A stretch of 56,692 bases of DNA, the filler included, from Squatina squatina (Eukaryota), in assembly GCA_031763465.1 (NCBI GenBank). It is 4 parts of 4 records of this genome, joined end to end, with 100 filler letters (N's around TTAATTAATTAA, not from the genome) between each part and the next. Parts side by side here need not be neighbours in the genome. Positions count along the whole stretch, not along the records: positions 1 to 16,608 come from JARFOE010000120.1; positions 16,709 to 29,516 come from JARFOE010000046.1; 2 more parts are not named here. The stretch is one strand, 5' to 3'. Below the pieces are notes generated by a model. That model was not told the origin of the DNA and did no database searches. It saw only the letters and a list, made by a program, of their open reading frames with translations. Below are positions 10,793 through 24,362 of this stretch, piece after piece. The first letter of the stretch is position 1, and each line of letters begins with the position of its first letter. The translations under genes and the position numbers were made by a program.

Positions 10793-12435
10793 TCTGTGTC
10801 AGCACAGAATACCAGAGTGTCAGTGCAGCTTCATGTTCTGCTTCTTTTGCCTGTGGAACTCTCTTCCAGAGAGTGTTGCTGCCTGAAACTCTGTTCCACT
10901 TACACAGAAGCTCAAACACAGTTCACCCATAACTTGCTGAACTCGGGTTACTGGAGATTACGCTAAATAGTTGGCCATGGATTTTCAGTAGAAATTTATC
11001 AAATCTTTCTGTGCTCTAAATAGCACCAGGGTCACAAGAAAAATCAATGAAAAGAAAAAGCCATTTGGTCCACAAAAGACATTTCTCTTGTATTCAAGGT
11101 CTCCCTGCCTACCGTCCAACTGTGTTCGAATGTCCCTAAATTGACAACTCTACCTGTTTTAAATGTATTTTGAACTAGGTTATACTTATGATATCTACAT
11201 TTAAGCTATTGTCCTTCCTTATTTTAAAGTAATATTCATGATTTACAACAAAATTGGAATAGGCAAATTTAATTCACCACGAGGTATCATCCCTTGGTAC
11301 AGTTGCCTCCAGCTGCACTTTATTGTAATGTAATTANNNNNNNNNNNNNNNNNNNNNNNNNNNNNNNNNNNNNNNNNNNNNNNNNNNNNNNNNNNNNNNN
11401 NNNNNNNNNNNNNNNNNNNNNNNNNNNNNNNNNNNNNNNNNNNNNNNNNNNNNNNNNNNNNNNNNNNNNNNNNNNNNNNNNNNNNNNNNNNNNNNNNNNN
11501 NNNNNNNNNNNNNNNNNNNNNNNNNNNNNNNNNNNNNNNNNNNNNNNNNNNNNNNNNNNNNNNNNNNNNNNNNNNNNNNNNNNNNNNNNNNNNNNNNNNN
11601 NNNNNNNNNNNNNNNNNNNNNNNNNNNNNNNNNNNNNNNNNNNNNNNNNNNNNNNNNNNNNNNNNNNNNNNNNNNNNNNNNNNNNNNNNNNNNNNNNNNN
11701 NNNNNNNNNNNNNNNNNNNNNNNNNNNNNNNNNNNNNNNNNNNNNNNNNNNNNNNNNNNNNNNNNNNNNNNNNNNNNNNNNNNNNNNNNNNNNNNNNNNN
11801 NNNNNNNNNNNNNNNNNNNNNNNNNNNNNNNNNNNNNNNNNNNNNNNNNNNNNNNNNNNNNNNNNNNNNNNNNNNNNNNNNNNNNNNNNNNNNNNNNNNN
11901 NNNNNNNNNNNNNNNNNNNNNNNNNNNNNNNNNNNNNNNNNNNNNNNNNNNNNNNNNNNNNNNNNNNNNNNNNNNNNNNNNNNNNNNNNNNNNNNNNNNN
12001 NNNNNNNNNNNNNNNNNNNNNNNNNNNNNNNNNNNNNNNNNNNNNNNNNNNNNNNNNNNNNNNNNNNNNNNNNNNNNNNNNNNNNNNNNNNNNNNNNNNN
12101 NNNNNNNNNNNNNNNNNNNNNNNNNNNNNNNNNNNNNNNNNNNNNNNNNNNNNNNNNNNNNNNNNNNNNNNNNNNNNNNNNNNNNNNNNNNNNNNNACAG
12201 CTTTAGAAATAAGTGAGCCCAGCTCAGTTTGCATGTTTCATTGAGAACTGCAATAAAAGTTCCCTATGGCGATGTAATGTTAAAATGACTGTTACTTTAC
12301 TGTATGACACCCAGAGATGGCACTCTGATGGGAATTGTAATTTTAATTTAATGATTAGCCTGTCCCTGTGGTGTTCTGTTATAATGTCACCATAAACCCC
12401 TGAAAATGCTTTCTGGGAAGCAATTCAGTCACCAT

Positions 12436-12525
12436 GGGGTGGATTTTAACCCCTAAAAACCTCCGGGTTTCCTGCCCTTTACCGCCCCCCATTCCCGGTG
12501 GGTCCAAAATTAAAAATTCTGGCCC
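12436..12525. mobile_element. Very short Harbinger-type MITE
   Basis: GGG(G)TGGATTTT...AAAATTCTGGCCC imperfect terminal inverted repeats, with CATG overlapping both junctions (possible 3-bp target-site duplication, TSD). Confidence 0.5.
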
Positions 12526-15307
12526 ATGTATTTTCTCAACTAAAATTTTCATGTCCAAGGTACGGTTTTAAACAAAATAAAATGAAGATCTTTCACAGTA
12601 TCTTGATTAATTAAATCCATCAGTTCATTTGTCTTGTCATTAAAGTCTCATCCACTGTCTTACCTGACAACTTTCCTTTCTGAGCTGGTTGTCTTTTCAT
12701 CTTGTTGCACAGATTGATGTGTTTATGTAACTGTAATTCGTTTATCTACCTGCAGTGGGTAAGGGAAACACTATTGATTTTCCAGGAACCAATCAAAAGT
12801 CATGTATTTACCGTCTCAAAATATATTTCTCTCAAAATGCTACCCGCTAATCCTTTTACCTCAGCACCCCTTCTTGCAATAGCGTAGGCTTACTGTCAGC
12901 AGCACCACGGGCTGACTGCTGGAATACAAAATATAGACGGTAATAATACAGCGGGTGAGCTTAGGCCATACTTTGACAATATCGCCCATTGGCAGCCCCT
13001 CTGCACTCTGTCACACTACAAGGCCACTCTTCTCGATAATGTTTACTTTGTATCAAACACAGCGAGATAACAGTAAAACAATATTCTTTGATTAATATTT
13101 TATTGCTTCTAAAAATACTGTAGGAATTTCACAGCAGCTCATGAATATTAATATCTGAATGTGTTTTAAGTGCTTTGCCGAATGCTGGGCTTGAAGCAGC
13201 TTTTCCTCTTGGCTCCAGCTGACCCACCACTCTTCTACCAATAACCACTGNNNNNNNNNNNNNNNNNNNNNNNNNNNNNNNNNNNNNNNNNNNNNNNNNN
13301 NNNNNNNNNNNNNNNNNNNNNNNNNNNNNNNNNNNNNNNNNNNNNNNNNNGTGCGTTGGGCATTTCTTGTGGAGGCCTACCCGAGAATGACACATTTTTA
13401 AGGGCTTCCAGCAGCCCCTTAACAGATGCTGATGCCCGATAATCCTTTCCTGCAACCTCAATTCATGTCAAGTGCTATGTTCTGGACTTACCTTCTAAAT
13501 ACATTAATAAGCTTAACCTAGAATTATTGACTAGGGTCAGCTATGTGGGGTACAGGAGCTTGTAATGTTGTCCCAGGCCCATGTTATTATGCCTTGGATG
13601 GAAAACGTGGATAATATCAAGTTCTGGGCTGGAGCAGCATGGGGAGTGGCTACAACAGTATTTCAACATTGTTTAGATCTCTGTAAGTTGGATTTAAGGT
13701 TTAAAAACAGCTTTGATAAAGTTTTTTCTCAACTCCATGCATGACATGAATATATGCGGAAATAAAAAGTGGAGTCATCTCTCTGATTGATCCTGTTTGA
13801 TAACGTTTGTGCCTTTGTTCAGATTTAATGTGAGGAGATGATATCATTCTTACAACAATCTAATGACTTACAGGGGAGTTGGGTCGTATCATAAATTACA
13901 GGTGGAGTGAAGATGTGGCTGTGAAAAGGAACCAGTAGCCCCATCACCAAAGAAACCTTTCAACAGCCTCAATTCAAACTGATATCAAAGAAATGCTAAT
14001 TATGATTATAATTCAAACGAAACGGCTGTGAAGTAATACACGGAGCCATGCTGCAGAGAAAGATTTGATAATATGTGTACACCTCCATGGTATTAAAGTC
14101 AAAAAAGAAAAATGAAATTACTTCAAAGAGACAGCCGCCTTTCCAGACAGAGCATCGGCAGATGGTTTATTCAAACTCAGCCATATTATTGGCTAGCTGA
14201 CAAGCGTTAAATTGTTGTAGTGACTTGCGTTCTGAGAACATTTTCTAATGGCAGTGAGTCAGTCATTTTTACCAAGCCAATTTTTTTAATGAATTTTGTG
14301 CACATGAAGCTGAAGGATGTTGGTGCTGGGAACACTTTCCATTTCAGGCACCCAGTGTCAGCATCAAGCAATCTCAGGGCANNNNNNNNNNNNNNNNNNN
14401 NNNNNNNNNNNNNNNNNNNNNNNNNNNNNNNNNNNNNNNNNNNNNNNNNNNNNNNNNNNNNNNNNNNNNNNNNNNNNNNNNAATGAAGTAATTAAGATTC
14501 AAACATCATGTACTCATACAGGGTACACAATATTACACAAACATTGAAATCCCTTTGCTGTCCTCCTTGCTTCATGCACTCCACTCTTCAAACAAGAGCC
14601 GTGTAATTATCCCTGGAAAGGCCCCAGAATCACTCTGTGCATTTCCTGGGCTTCAGCAGTATGTGTAATAATTTATAAGCAGGTCTCTGTGTAAAATCAT
14701 CTGCATTCTGACTGCGCACGGGGTCACACTGCCAAGGTTCCTCCCACGTTACACCCATGGTGTCGTGACTCTGCTATGAGTTCTAGTAGATTGCATTTAA
14801 AGATTTGCCAGTCTTGGTCCGGGATCACAATGATCCAATCTATTGGCATACTGAAAATAGAATGATTTCTTTGTCAGCACAGCAATATGCCAAAAGCAGG
14901 AAGTGAGTGAGTGGCACTTAGGCATGGCTTGGATCTATTCAACTTNNNNNNNNNNGATATGCGACTAAAAGAAAATGCCATCAGCTGGTGTGTCAGTGAG
15001 TGACCTTATCTCATGAATAAAAGATGTACCTCTGCTATTAACGCTACAGATCCCCATCCAATGCTGCCACTTCATAAGAAACTCAACAACAGCCCAGTTA
15101 ATGCTGTCCACGTAGCTCAGTGATTGTCCTCACAAAAATAAGCTCACAGGTTAACCTCCTCCCTCACTCCTTTACCAGCAATAATGGCAGCTTGTTTCTT
15201 GCTGGTCAACCCATCTCATTAACTTTGCTGTGCAATAGGTTCCACTAAATAATTTAAACTTGGTCCCAAGGCTTTGATAGAGCAAGGCGAGGTACTCACT
15301 GGGACAC

Positions 15308-15706
15308 GGACTGGATTTTTCCAGCGCTCAGAGAGCAGGTTCAGAGGTAGCTCCGTTGTCAAATTCTAAAAGCTTGACAGCAGGGCACTATCCTGCTCTG
15401 AGCCCACCTCCGTTTAAGTTTCTCAAGTGCTGGGTCTGCCTGCGCATTTACAGACCCGGCACCAAGCGGCAGGTGAGCTAATAGAAATAGTTAAGAGAAT
15501 ACTTAAAGGTAGTTGAACAGCTTCTTACCACCAACTAATCATTTCTCCAACTTTTTCACGAGGTTCCCGTCACTTGGAAATCACGTCAGGTAAGTCGGTC
15601 AGGTTTTTAATAAATCTCCATTGCTTTGAATAGGTGACAGCTGCAAAAGTGGTATAAAAGCTACCATTTCACAGCGGTTCATTTTCCAATATTAGAAACT
15701 GGAGTC
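15308..15706. mobile_element. One end of a Harbinger-type element
   Basis: Begins GGACTGGATTTT, like the other termini in the window, followed by a GC-rich subterminal block; runs into a gap. Confidence 0.45.
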
Positions 15707-15806
15707 NNNNNNNNNNNNNNNNNNNNNNNNNNNNNNNNNNNNNNNNNNNNNNNNNNNNNNNNNNNNNNNNNNNNNNNNNNNNNNNNNNNNNNNNNNNNNN
15801 NNNNNN

Positions 15807-15950
15807 GATAGTTTCGAATTGATTTGTTTGGAAATGGGATGGTGTGGAAACTTTGGGATAAGATGGTTCAGAATTGACATGGTTTGGAATTGTTTTGGAT
15901 GGATTGGATTGGAATGGTTTGGAATTATATGTAACGGGATGAGACGAATT
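15807..15950 (+). repeat. Degenerate pentamer repeat (TGGAA/TGGAT/GGTTT)
   Basis: tggtttggaattgttttggatggattggattggaatggtttggaatt, 5-nt periodicity. Confidence 0.7.
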
Positions 15951-16608
15951 GCTGCTGGAGTAAAGATCTGTTCGTATTCTTGTAGTGGCCTGCAGGAGGG
16001 AGCTCTCTCTGCTCCAAAACATGTACCTGATTTGGACAGATAAAGTCAATCTTTTAACAGTGCCGGGTCTGATTCCCAGTAATATCAGGCTGCAAATCCC
16101 TGCTCTCACATCTGAAGTAGATTTCTCAGGGGTTTCGTTAGTGCCCTTGCACTCAGGTTAGTGTCTGATTGGAGAACTCTATTAAAACATCTCAATGAAG
16201 TTATAATTGCTGACAGGATTGGAACAGCCACTTTGAAAATCAATCAGAAGTTTTAGTGGACCCTGAAATCTATAATCTAAGCTGCGTACAAGAGCATTTG
16301 TGTTAGATTTCAAAATGCAGAAAGCACAGGGGGTTCCTTTCCTTGTGTTATTGGTATTTGAGTAGCTCAGCACAGTTACTGCAGCATTTGTAAGAGGCAC
16401 TCGCTGAATATTTCAAAGGCACATAAAAATGACCTTCATTTCAAACAGAAAAATCATTGTTTCAACAACCACAGAATGAAAGAGGCCAGAAATGCAACAC
16501 TGGAATTATTCATAACATCTGAATGCTAATACATGCAACCTAAAATACAAATCATAATATAGGGATCCTAACAAATAAATCCTGACATACAAATCCTGAA
16601 GCACAATT

Positions 16609-16708
16609 NNNNNNNNNNNNNNNNNNNNNNNNNNNNNNNNNNNNNNNNNNNNTTAATTAATTAANNNNNNNNNNNNNNNNNNNNNNNNNNNNNNNNNNNN
16701 NNNNNNNN
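16609..16708. other. Artificial scaffold linker N44-TTAATTAATTAA-N44
   Basis: Exactly 100 nt; the 12-mer at 16653-64 places stop codons in all six frames. The same structure occurs three times in the window. Confidence 0.97.
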
Positions 16709-16709
16709 T

Positions 16710-16856
16710 TTATGACTCTCCTTAAAGCCTACCTCGGCCTGTCCTAACGTCTCTTTCTTTGGCAAGTGTAAATTTTTGTCTTTTTACACTCATGTGAGGC
16801 ACCTTGGGACATTTCACGATGTTAAAGATGCTGTACAAATGGAAATTGTGTTGTTG
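16710..16856 (+). mobile_element. L2-clade LINE 3' tail
   Basis: ctcatgtgaggcaccttgggacatttcacgatgttaaagatgctgtacaaatggaaattgtgttgttg, an L2-type tail ending in (TTG)n. Confidence 0.7.
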
Positions 16857-19379
16857 AGGGAGTGGGACAGTCACCAAACCATACTGGCAATTAAATTCAG
16901 TCTGCCACTTATTCAGTGTTAGCAACCTTTGCAGTTCTTCTACATATTATCGCCCCTTGAAGAACCTTTGCCAGGTGGATTTGCTTTAATTCAATCATCG
17001 ATCTCAATTTTATAATAGCCATTGCCATCTTTTTTTTAAATGACCATGCACTGCAGCCATACCAGTAGGAATTGAAGCAGTATTTCTCAAAATGGCAGCT
17101 TGGCCTAGCTATACATATTAAAATGTAAAATTAAAATTTCAGCATATCCATCAGTCATTCCTACTATTTCAGTCAGCACTATGTCTTCTATTAAAACCAG
17201 GCCACCATTACGACCAAATCTGTTAATTTGCCTGGTGTGCACCAATTAAAATTGATATCATTACACAACCTGATCCAGACTTATCCAATAGAAAGTGGGT
17301 CAATGTGATAGCCATAATTGGTGAAACTAGATGAATAATAAGGTAGTTAAAAGGGATAAGAAAAATCACAATGACAGAGCAAAAGGCTCTGATTCAGAGC
17401 AAAATGCTTGCCTTTCTCAACACTGTTAAACTGTCCACAACCAAACCAACAATAAAGATTTTTGGAAGAGGAGATTTAAAGGGAAGGTGAAATATTCATT
17501 TTCAGAGAATGAGTGTTGTGTTTGAACAACCACAATTTGAAACCAAGAGCAAGAAATTGCTGTTTTGTCTTCGAATTAATCTGGAACCATGGCCTTGCAC
17601 GTATGGAAACTTCTTGACTTCAGGGAAGTCGGACTAACCTTTCCTGTTCTTACTGAACCTGCACATATATTTACCTGTTTTTATTTTTTGTACTCTATGG
17701 ACAGAGTATTTGGAAAGAAATGTTTTGTACGTTTACTTTTACAAAAGCCCTATTAAGAATAAACTTTAAAAAAGGTCCAGATGTTTTAATGTTTTAGGAA
17801 GTACATTGATGTAACTGACAGAGTTGAACAATGCTAATCGTTGCCTTTAATTAGTGGAAGCATTATCTGTGATTGCTACTGCTTCACGTTGCTGTCATTT
17901 AAGCATTGAAGCAATGAATATGTGGGAAATATAGCCGATAAAATCATATTGGAAAGCATCAGCCACAAATGCAGGGCATTTATTTGTTTCCATCAGTAAC
18001 AGTCCTTCAATCAGCTGATCTGACCTTAGTCTATCATTTAAAAGTGTTTTAATGGGGAAGGGAAATCAATTCAGTACTGTACTACCTCAGTTAACACTGC
18101 ACTGAGGGCTTTACTTTGCTCCCAGTTCTCTGCTTCCTAAATTCAAATTTAGCTTAGTTTTGTTTTTGCTATTTGTTATCTAATTAATGCACGTTATTCA
18201 GCTGAAGGTGCTAAGTGATGCAGTGTAGTCGCATGCTCAGGCACTGGCACCACACAGCGATGGGAGAGGATATTTTGGGGGTGGGTGGAGGGTATGTAAC
18301 TTTTGTGGTGAGAATAGGACATTGATCTTTAACTTGTGGTTCAGGATGTGGATTATTGAATATGTTCCTTGCAGATCATGTGAGCATAGGATATTGTGAC
18401 GAGACAATCTGATCATTTCCCTCTCTTGTCCACAGTTAGTTCTGTACATAATCAATACTAACTTTACACTATAGTAATCTCTGCAAGACCTTTCATGTCC
18501 CCAGTTTGATAGCAATGGTTTCACAACCTGATGAGCATTTGGCTGCCTGCAGTGCCAATACTCCAAGTAAAATCTTTCAGGAGCAAAAGGGAGAAAAGTT
18601 GGAGTGAGAGGGTGAAATAAGAGCAATAAACCAAAATAAATCTGATCTGAGAAAATAATCATCTGCTTTGAGAAGTTAGAATCGGTTACAGATTTATTAA
18701 TACTTTCCAATAAGGAAGTTCAGTTATGTTTGTGTCAGTGTGCACACTGCACCCTGGTCTGATGGGATGTGGGTTATTTTTGTTTTCTCTCTACCTCCCT
18801 GCAATATGCCGAGTAAGTAGAGTAAGGCAGCTCAAGCTGAATCGGAGTGAAAGCTTGGTGTTTCTAGGAGCATTGCCGGAAGCCTGGCTTCCAATTACTC
18901 ATTTGCTCTCTGTCAAGGAATAATGTGTAGACGAGGAGAATAGGGAGGAAAAAAGAAGATTGAGGGTGAATTAAAAATGAGCGGGTCTGTGAAGCCATCA
19001 CAATGTCATGTTGCTGAATTACAGTAGTAAATATCTGATATACTGCTTGGAATGTATTCTATAATGTGTCTGAGCCAGCTACAGTATGAATTGATTTTGT
19101 GCTTAATCATAGGAAATATAGGATGAGAGGCATTGGCTAACATTAAAAACCTGATTTAAATTTATTTTGGTTGAGGGAGTGATGTACAAGATGCAATTTA
19201 AAAAAAAAACTCAAAACTGAGTGATTACTTTAAAAGGGATATTTGGATTGTATGGGAGGGATGCTATCGATCTATCTTGTCCTTTACTATAGTCAAAGAC
19301 AGTACTCTTGTATAAACACAAAACTTCTCTTTCACTTTTTTCTTTCATGCATCATGGTTTTAAAGTCATAAGGGAGATT

Positions 19380-19720
19380 TTGTGTAACTTTTCAAAATAA
19401 CTTTATTTGCAAGATAATTTCTAAATAATTGCAACACATGAATGCTAAGCTTAAGAGCATTGTACACCGAAAGATATCATTGTATTTAATATTTTGTCAA
19501 TTGTAATTGTCTTTTACAGTATTTTTAATTTATTTGACTCATAACTTGAAGTTATTGACTAAACTGTACAGAACCTCCAGGACATTCTGTAAATACTTTC
19601 CCTTAAGTGTGCACTATATAATATTTCCCATTTGTTACTTTTGGAGAATTTTTTTGTGCAATAAATGTGTAAAGAAAAAAATTGCCTTGTGGCGTGACCT
19701 GATGTCAGTGAGTGTTTGAC
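19380..19720 (+). terminator. Probable 3'UTR end and polyadenylation signal of an upstream plus-strand gene (FNIP1 by synteny, unproven)
   Basis: U-rich tract with several TGTA, a Pumilio element TGTAAATA (19588-95), AATAAA (19660-65) and a GU-rich downstream element. A second AATAAA lies at 17758-63. Confidence 0.45.
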
Positions 19721-20891
19721 AGTGGAAGTTTATTTATGGTATTAACTAATCATTTGGGAAAATTGTGTTTTTGANNNNNNNNNNNNNNNNNNNNNNNNNN
19801 NNNNNNNNNNNNNNNNNNNNNNNNNNNNNNNNNNNNNNNNNNNNNNNNNNNNNNNNNNNNNNNNNNNNNNNNNNTGAGGCTAATTCTAATATCCTAACCA
19901 AGCACAGATGAGAGGTTGAAGCTGGTCTGTTTTCATTTGTGTCGCTCGATTCCACATTTGTTGATGCGGTTACCAACTGAGCCATCGGGTGGGGTGGGGT
20001 GGTGTGGGTGAGTAGTGGATTTGTTGGTTGACATGATCTTGAGAGTAAAAGGCTGCAGGATGTTCGGTTCTGCTTTGCACATGCTGTGCTTTTCCTGATC
20101 TACAGGGTGGGGAAATTTAGAGTCTGTTCTTAATTTATTTTTGGCAATAACTGCCACAGTTTCACTCCTGCAAACCTATATTTAGGTTTGACAAAATAGT
20201 GCTAGGACTGTAGTATAAACTGCCACAATTTCTGTTGTCTGTGCAATCAGTGGAATTTTATTGAGTATGAAGTTCATTTTTGGAGGCTGTAGGGAAAAAG
20301 AATGTAATCACGTCCAAGAATTTTGTAACCAAGTTTCCTTGTGAGCTTTCTGATTCACTGTTACACATGAGCTGTGCTGCACATGAATTTATGTAGGAGG
20401 ACAGGATGTGAGGATCAAGTGAAAAATGGCAAACAAGGGGATTCCAAAAGTTGTCAAAACAAAAGTGTTTGTTATAATTACACAATGGTAAAGCCTGGCA
20501 CACATTGAAAAATGGCATTTGATTTCCATTAATATCAGTGGAATGATGGACTGCAGTTGGTATAAAAACTGAGGCACTTTGGAATGAAGAAATTTACTCC
20601 CATTTGAAAAGTACAGTGCTTTTCAAACACTCTCCAGCACTCTGCTCGTCCCCGGCTCGCTTTCTCCGACTCTGCTGCCAGCAAAAAAATACCTGCACTT
20701 TTTATATACTCACTGGTACTCTGCTACACCCCCGCTGGCTTTCTCAAACACTGATGGCTGGCAAGAAAATGCCCGCGCTATTTAAATACTCNNNNNNNNN
20801 NNNNNNNNNNNNNNNNNNNNNNNNNNNNNNNNNNNNNNNNNNNNNNNNNNNNNNNNNNNNNNNNNNNNNNNNNNNNNNNNNNNNNNNNNNN

Positions 20892-20975
20892 TCAGCCATG
20901 ATCATATTGAATGGCGGTGGAGGCTCGAAGGGCCGAATGGCCTACTCCTGCACCTATTTTCTATGTTTTTATGTA
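20892..20975 (+). mobile_element. HER1/CR1 LINE 3' tail
   Basis: tcagccatgatcatattgaatggcggtggaggctcgaagggccgaatggcctactcctgcacctattttctatgtttttatgt, with terminal (TTTCTATG)-type repeats. Confidence 0.85.
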
Positions 20976-22315
20976 ACTGAAGTTGGCCAAAACCCCGGAG
21001 GCAAAATACAGGGCAGAGGGAAAATGGTATGTTGTATGAGAGGTGAAGGAGACCACGATAGTAACTGCTAAAAGCTGAATTATTACGTTGCCCACTAATG
21101 TTTAATGTAAAAAATTACAAAATATCTTCAGTAAAACCTTTTCCTGCTTTGCTCAGAAGTTGTACCTGAGATACAACTGATGCAAACAAGCTGGAAGATG
21201 ACTAGTAAAAGTGGGAGCAGAGTGAAGTCCTTGGGAAAAACTTTGCGGGTCACTTTTGTCAGGCTAGTGATGGAATATTTTAGTCTGGTTTTTTGGGCAG
21301 CCAAGAAAATTCCGTGACACTCTGATCTTGATAAGCCAGTATGCTCAGAGAATGGTTGTTTATTGAAAATCAGCAATTCCAGCATCAGATTAGTGTTTCC
21401 AGACTCTTCCATGTTATGACTGGAGCAGCACTATAGCAACTACCGATGGTAAGCTCTACCTTGTTTGTGCTCGGAGCACTCGTTGCTGCATTTCAGTCTA
21501 TAAGCCCTCCCAGTACCGAGGCTTCCCCCACCTGCCTGTAGAACTTCTCCCCAGTCACTTGATAACCATACTTTGATGAACCACATTTGCTGGGGCACAC
21601 ATTGAGCCACAGAAGATCTGTGACTTAGCAATAAGTAATTTAGTCTGATTTCTCCTGATCGTCTTGTACATGCAACAACTGCAGGGGTTAGTTGTGTTTG
21701 GATTGCAGTTACTTTCAGGCTACCGAGTTGCTTTTGGTCTTTCGGTATTGCCAGCACAGAAAATTTACTTTCCCTCCCATTGCAAGCTACTTGTGAAGTG
21801 GAATTCTCCAGCCCTCTTTACTGTATAGGAAACCTTCAATGTGTTTTTTCTGCTGGCAGTAAGCTGTGCCCGTTCTAAGGTTTGGATGAAATGAGGTAAT
21901 GCTTTTTGTGGGCATATGGAAATAATCAGCTTCAAGGCTGAGGCAGGCCTTTTATTCTGCCTGGAGGCAGTGCAGTGAGTGAATGGCACTGGCTTTCCTT
22001 CACATCTGGAAGAGAGTTCGGACTGGAAATGGCATTCCTCCGTCTCCCAAAGTAAGAGGAAGCCGCAGCTTCTAGATTTTTCTTTTTGTGTTATATAAAA
22101 AAAAAAGCTGTATATCAAAGCAGAGAGCGTATACCAGATGCTGGCTTTCTTTCTCATTCAGTATCCACTGCATAATGCAAAGTAAGCTCAGGTTGACAGT
22201 GATGAGAATTAACTTNNNNNNNNNNNNNNNNNNNNNNNNNNNNNNNNNNNNNNNNNNNNNNNNNNNNNNNNNNNNNNNNNNNNNNNNNNNNNNNNNNNNN
22301 NNNNNNNNNNNNNNN

Positions 22316-22640
22316 GTAGGGAGGAGTGAGGCCATTTAAGAGTTTTAAATATTAGGGTGAGAATTTTATGTTGGAGACATTGAGGAACTGGGAGTCAGTG
22401 TAGGTCAGCAAGGACAAGGATGATAGGTGAGTGACTTGGTGCAGGATACGATATGGACAGTAGAGTTTGGGGTGAGCTGAAGTTTAAGGGGAAGGTGGAT
22501 GATCTCAAACAATCTGGCTCAGCTTGAGACAGTGTCCACGGAGGAGGATGGAATTAGTGGCAAGGGCACGAAATTTGTGATAAGGGCCCAAGATGTTAGC
22601 TTCAGTCTTTCCATTGTTTAACTGAAGGGAATTACTGGTT
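22316..22640 (-). mobile_element. Degraded L2 LINE ORF2 fragments
   Basis: Reverse complement is CT-rich and decays from the L2 pattern KLQL.QNS...IL.....HSPI..VLADLHWLPV.Q...KIL.L..K.LNGL.P. Confidence 0.65.
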
Positions 22641-24362
22641 TTTTTTTATTTTAAACAAAAAGCATTTTTGAGACAGTAGTGGGAATTGGGTGAGATTGAA
22701 GCTTTGCTCAAGAACAGGTGAACTGCATTCATTTGGATTTAGAGGGAGTTGAATGAGTGACCAGCGATGTGTCTGACTGGGATGGCAGTAGTCCAGCTTA
22801 TTAAATGCTGTAGTAATTTATTTATTATGAAAATGACCAGGGAAAGCAAAAAGAGCCAGTTGTCTGGATACTATAGCTCTTTTAAAAACCTGAGTCTTTT
22901 TCAAAGTGGGATTCATATGCTCTTGCAATGTACTGACATGTGAAAATAATTACAACATTCGGGAAGGGAACCTGGGTTGATAGCTGAGCTTTGGTCATTT
23001 TGTACATTTCTCGTGACTGTTCAGCTGATGTTGTAGTATTTATCTTCACTTCTGCATTTACAGCACTAGATGAAAGGTAGCTCAGAGCTGCCATGCTTCA
23101 TGCTTGTTCAGAGTATTGAAGGATTTCANNNNNNNNNNNNNNNNNNNNNNNNNNNNNNNNNNNNNNNNNNNNNNNNNNNNNNNNNNNNNNNNNNNNNNNN
23201 NNNNNNNNNNNNNNNNNNNNNNNNNNNNNNNNNNNNNNNNNNNNNNNNNNNNNNNNNNNNNNNNNNNNNNNNNNNNNNNNNNNNNNNNNNNNNNNNNNNN
23301 NNNNNNNNNNNNNNNNNNNNNNNNNNNNNNNNNNNNNNNNNNNNNNNNCACATCATCCACTCTCATATCCTCTCTCTCTCTCTCTCCACCATCACCTGCA
23401 CTCTTAATAGCCGTTGTCTTCTGAAAAATAGGAATAGCATTTATGATCAATAAAATGAAGCAGTTAAATCCATTTAAATATTTATTTTTGAATGCAGTGC
23501 GTCATAGGTAATATTTTTACAACACAGTGAATTATCGTCAGTTAGGCTGATCTCATTAGCTGTTTGTGGGTGTCACACCCTCTCCGGAAGAAGGAGTCTC
23601 GCTCTGCTTGACTCCATCGTGGCGATATCTATCTGTGGCTCTATTTGTACAACTGCTTTACTGTCTGTGCAAAGTGAAACCACTTGGTACCAATGCTACT
23701 GGTGTATTAAAATGTAGTTGAAGAGACTGAAGTGAGGAAGCCACTGTCTGTCAGTTGTTGGCTGCAGTCATTTCAGTTGGAAACTATTCTCATTGGTTAA
23801 TATGTCAATGCACTGAAGGTTCTTTGTTAAAAATATCAGAACTGGGAATATCCATGCTTAGGGTCAGATGTGCTTTTAAGGTTAGTCAGTGCAAGTGCCT
23901 GGAAAAATTACAATGACGTGTGCTAAAGTCATTGGCTTGGTTACTGATGTTGGTAAGGTTTGCAGTTTTGGTTTCTAATGCTTGAGTGGGGGAATTACCA
24001 TTGGAAGCAAAAACATTTGTTAAATCCACTGGAATGCCATCACCAGCTTCTTTCAGCTGATTTATTTGTACTTGTTTCCATATTTTTTTTCGCACTTTTT
24101 TTTCACTCACGTATCTTTTGTAAGTGAAACATCAACTTCTGAGCAGCCATGACCAAAAAAAATATCTCTACTCACTAAGTGACCACAGTTCGCTCATCAG
24201 TTAGATGATCAACCTGACCTTTCGAGATAGTTATTGTGTCAGGGCAGATTCTCTTCATGTGTNNNNNNNNNNNNNNNNNNNNNNNNNNNNNNNNNNNNNN
24301 NNNNNNNNNNNNNNNNNNNNNNNNNNNNNNNNNNNNNNNNNNNNNNNNNNNNNNNNNNNNNN

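Noticed and set aside
11294-12244. Long ORFs of 300+ aa here and at 53512-54528, plus many ORFs containing X runs
   Set aside because: They are open only because they cross N gaps.
13823-13940. Acceptor-like ttgttcag followed by EDVAVKR, resembling kinase subdomain II
   Set aside because: All frames from the acceptor hit stops early, and VAVK is followed by a stop within four codons.
16653-16664. TTAATTAATTAA palindrome repeated three times as a biological motif
   Set aside because: It is always centred in exactly 44+44 Ns, so it is a six-frame-stop assembly linker.
17578-17640. Faint nucleotide resemblance to RAPGEF2/6 exon 2 (YLHGME)
   Set aside because: No frame reproduces the peptide and there are no flanking splice sites.
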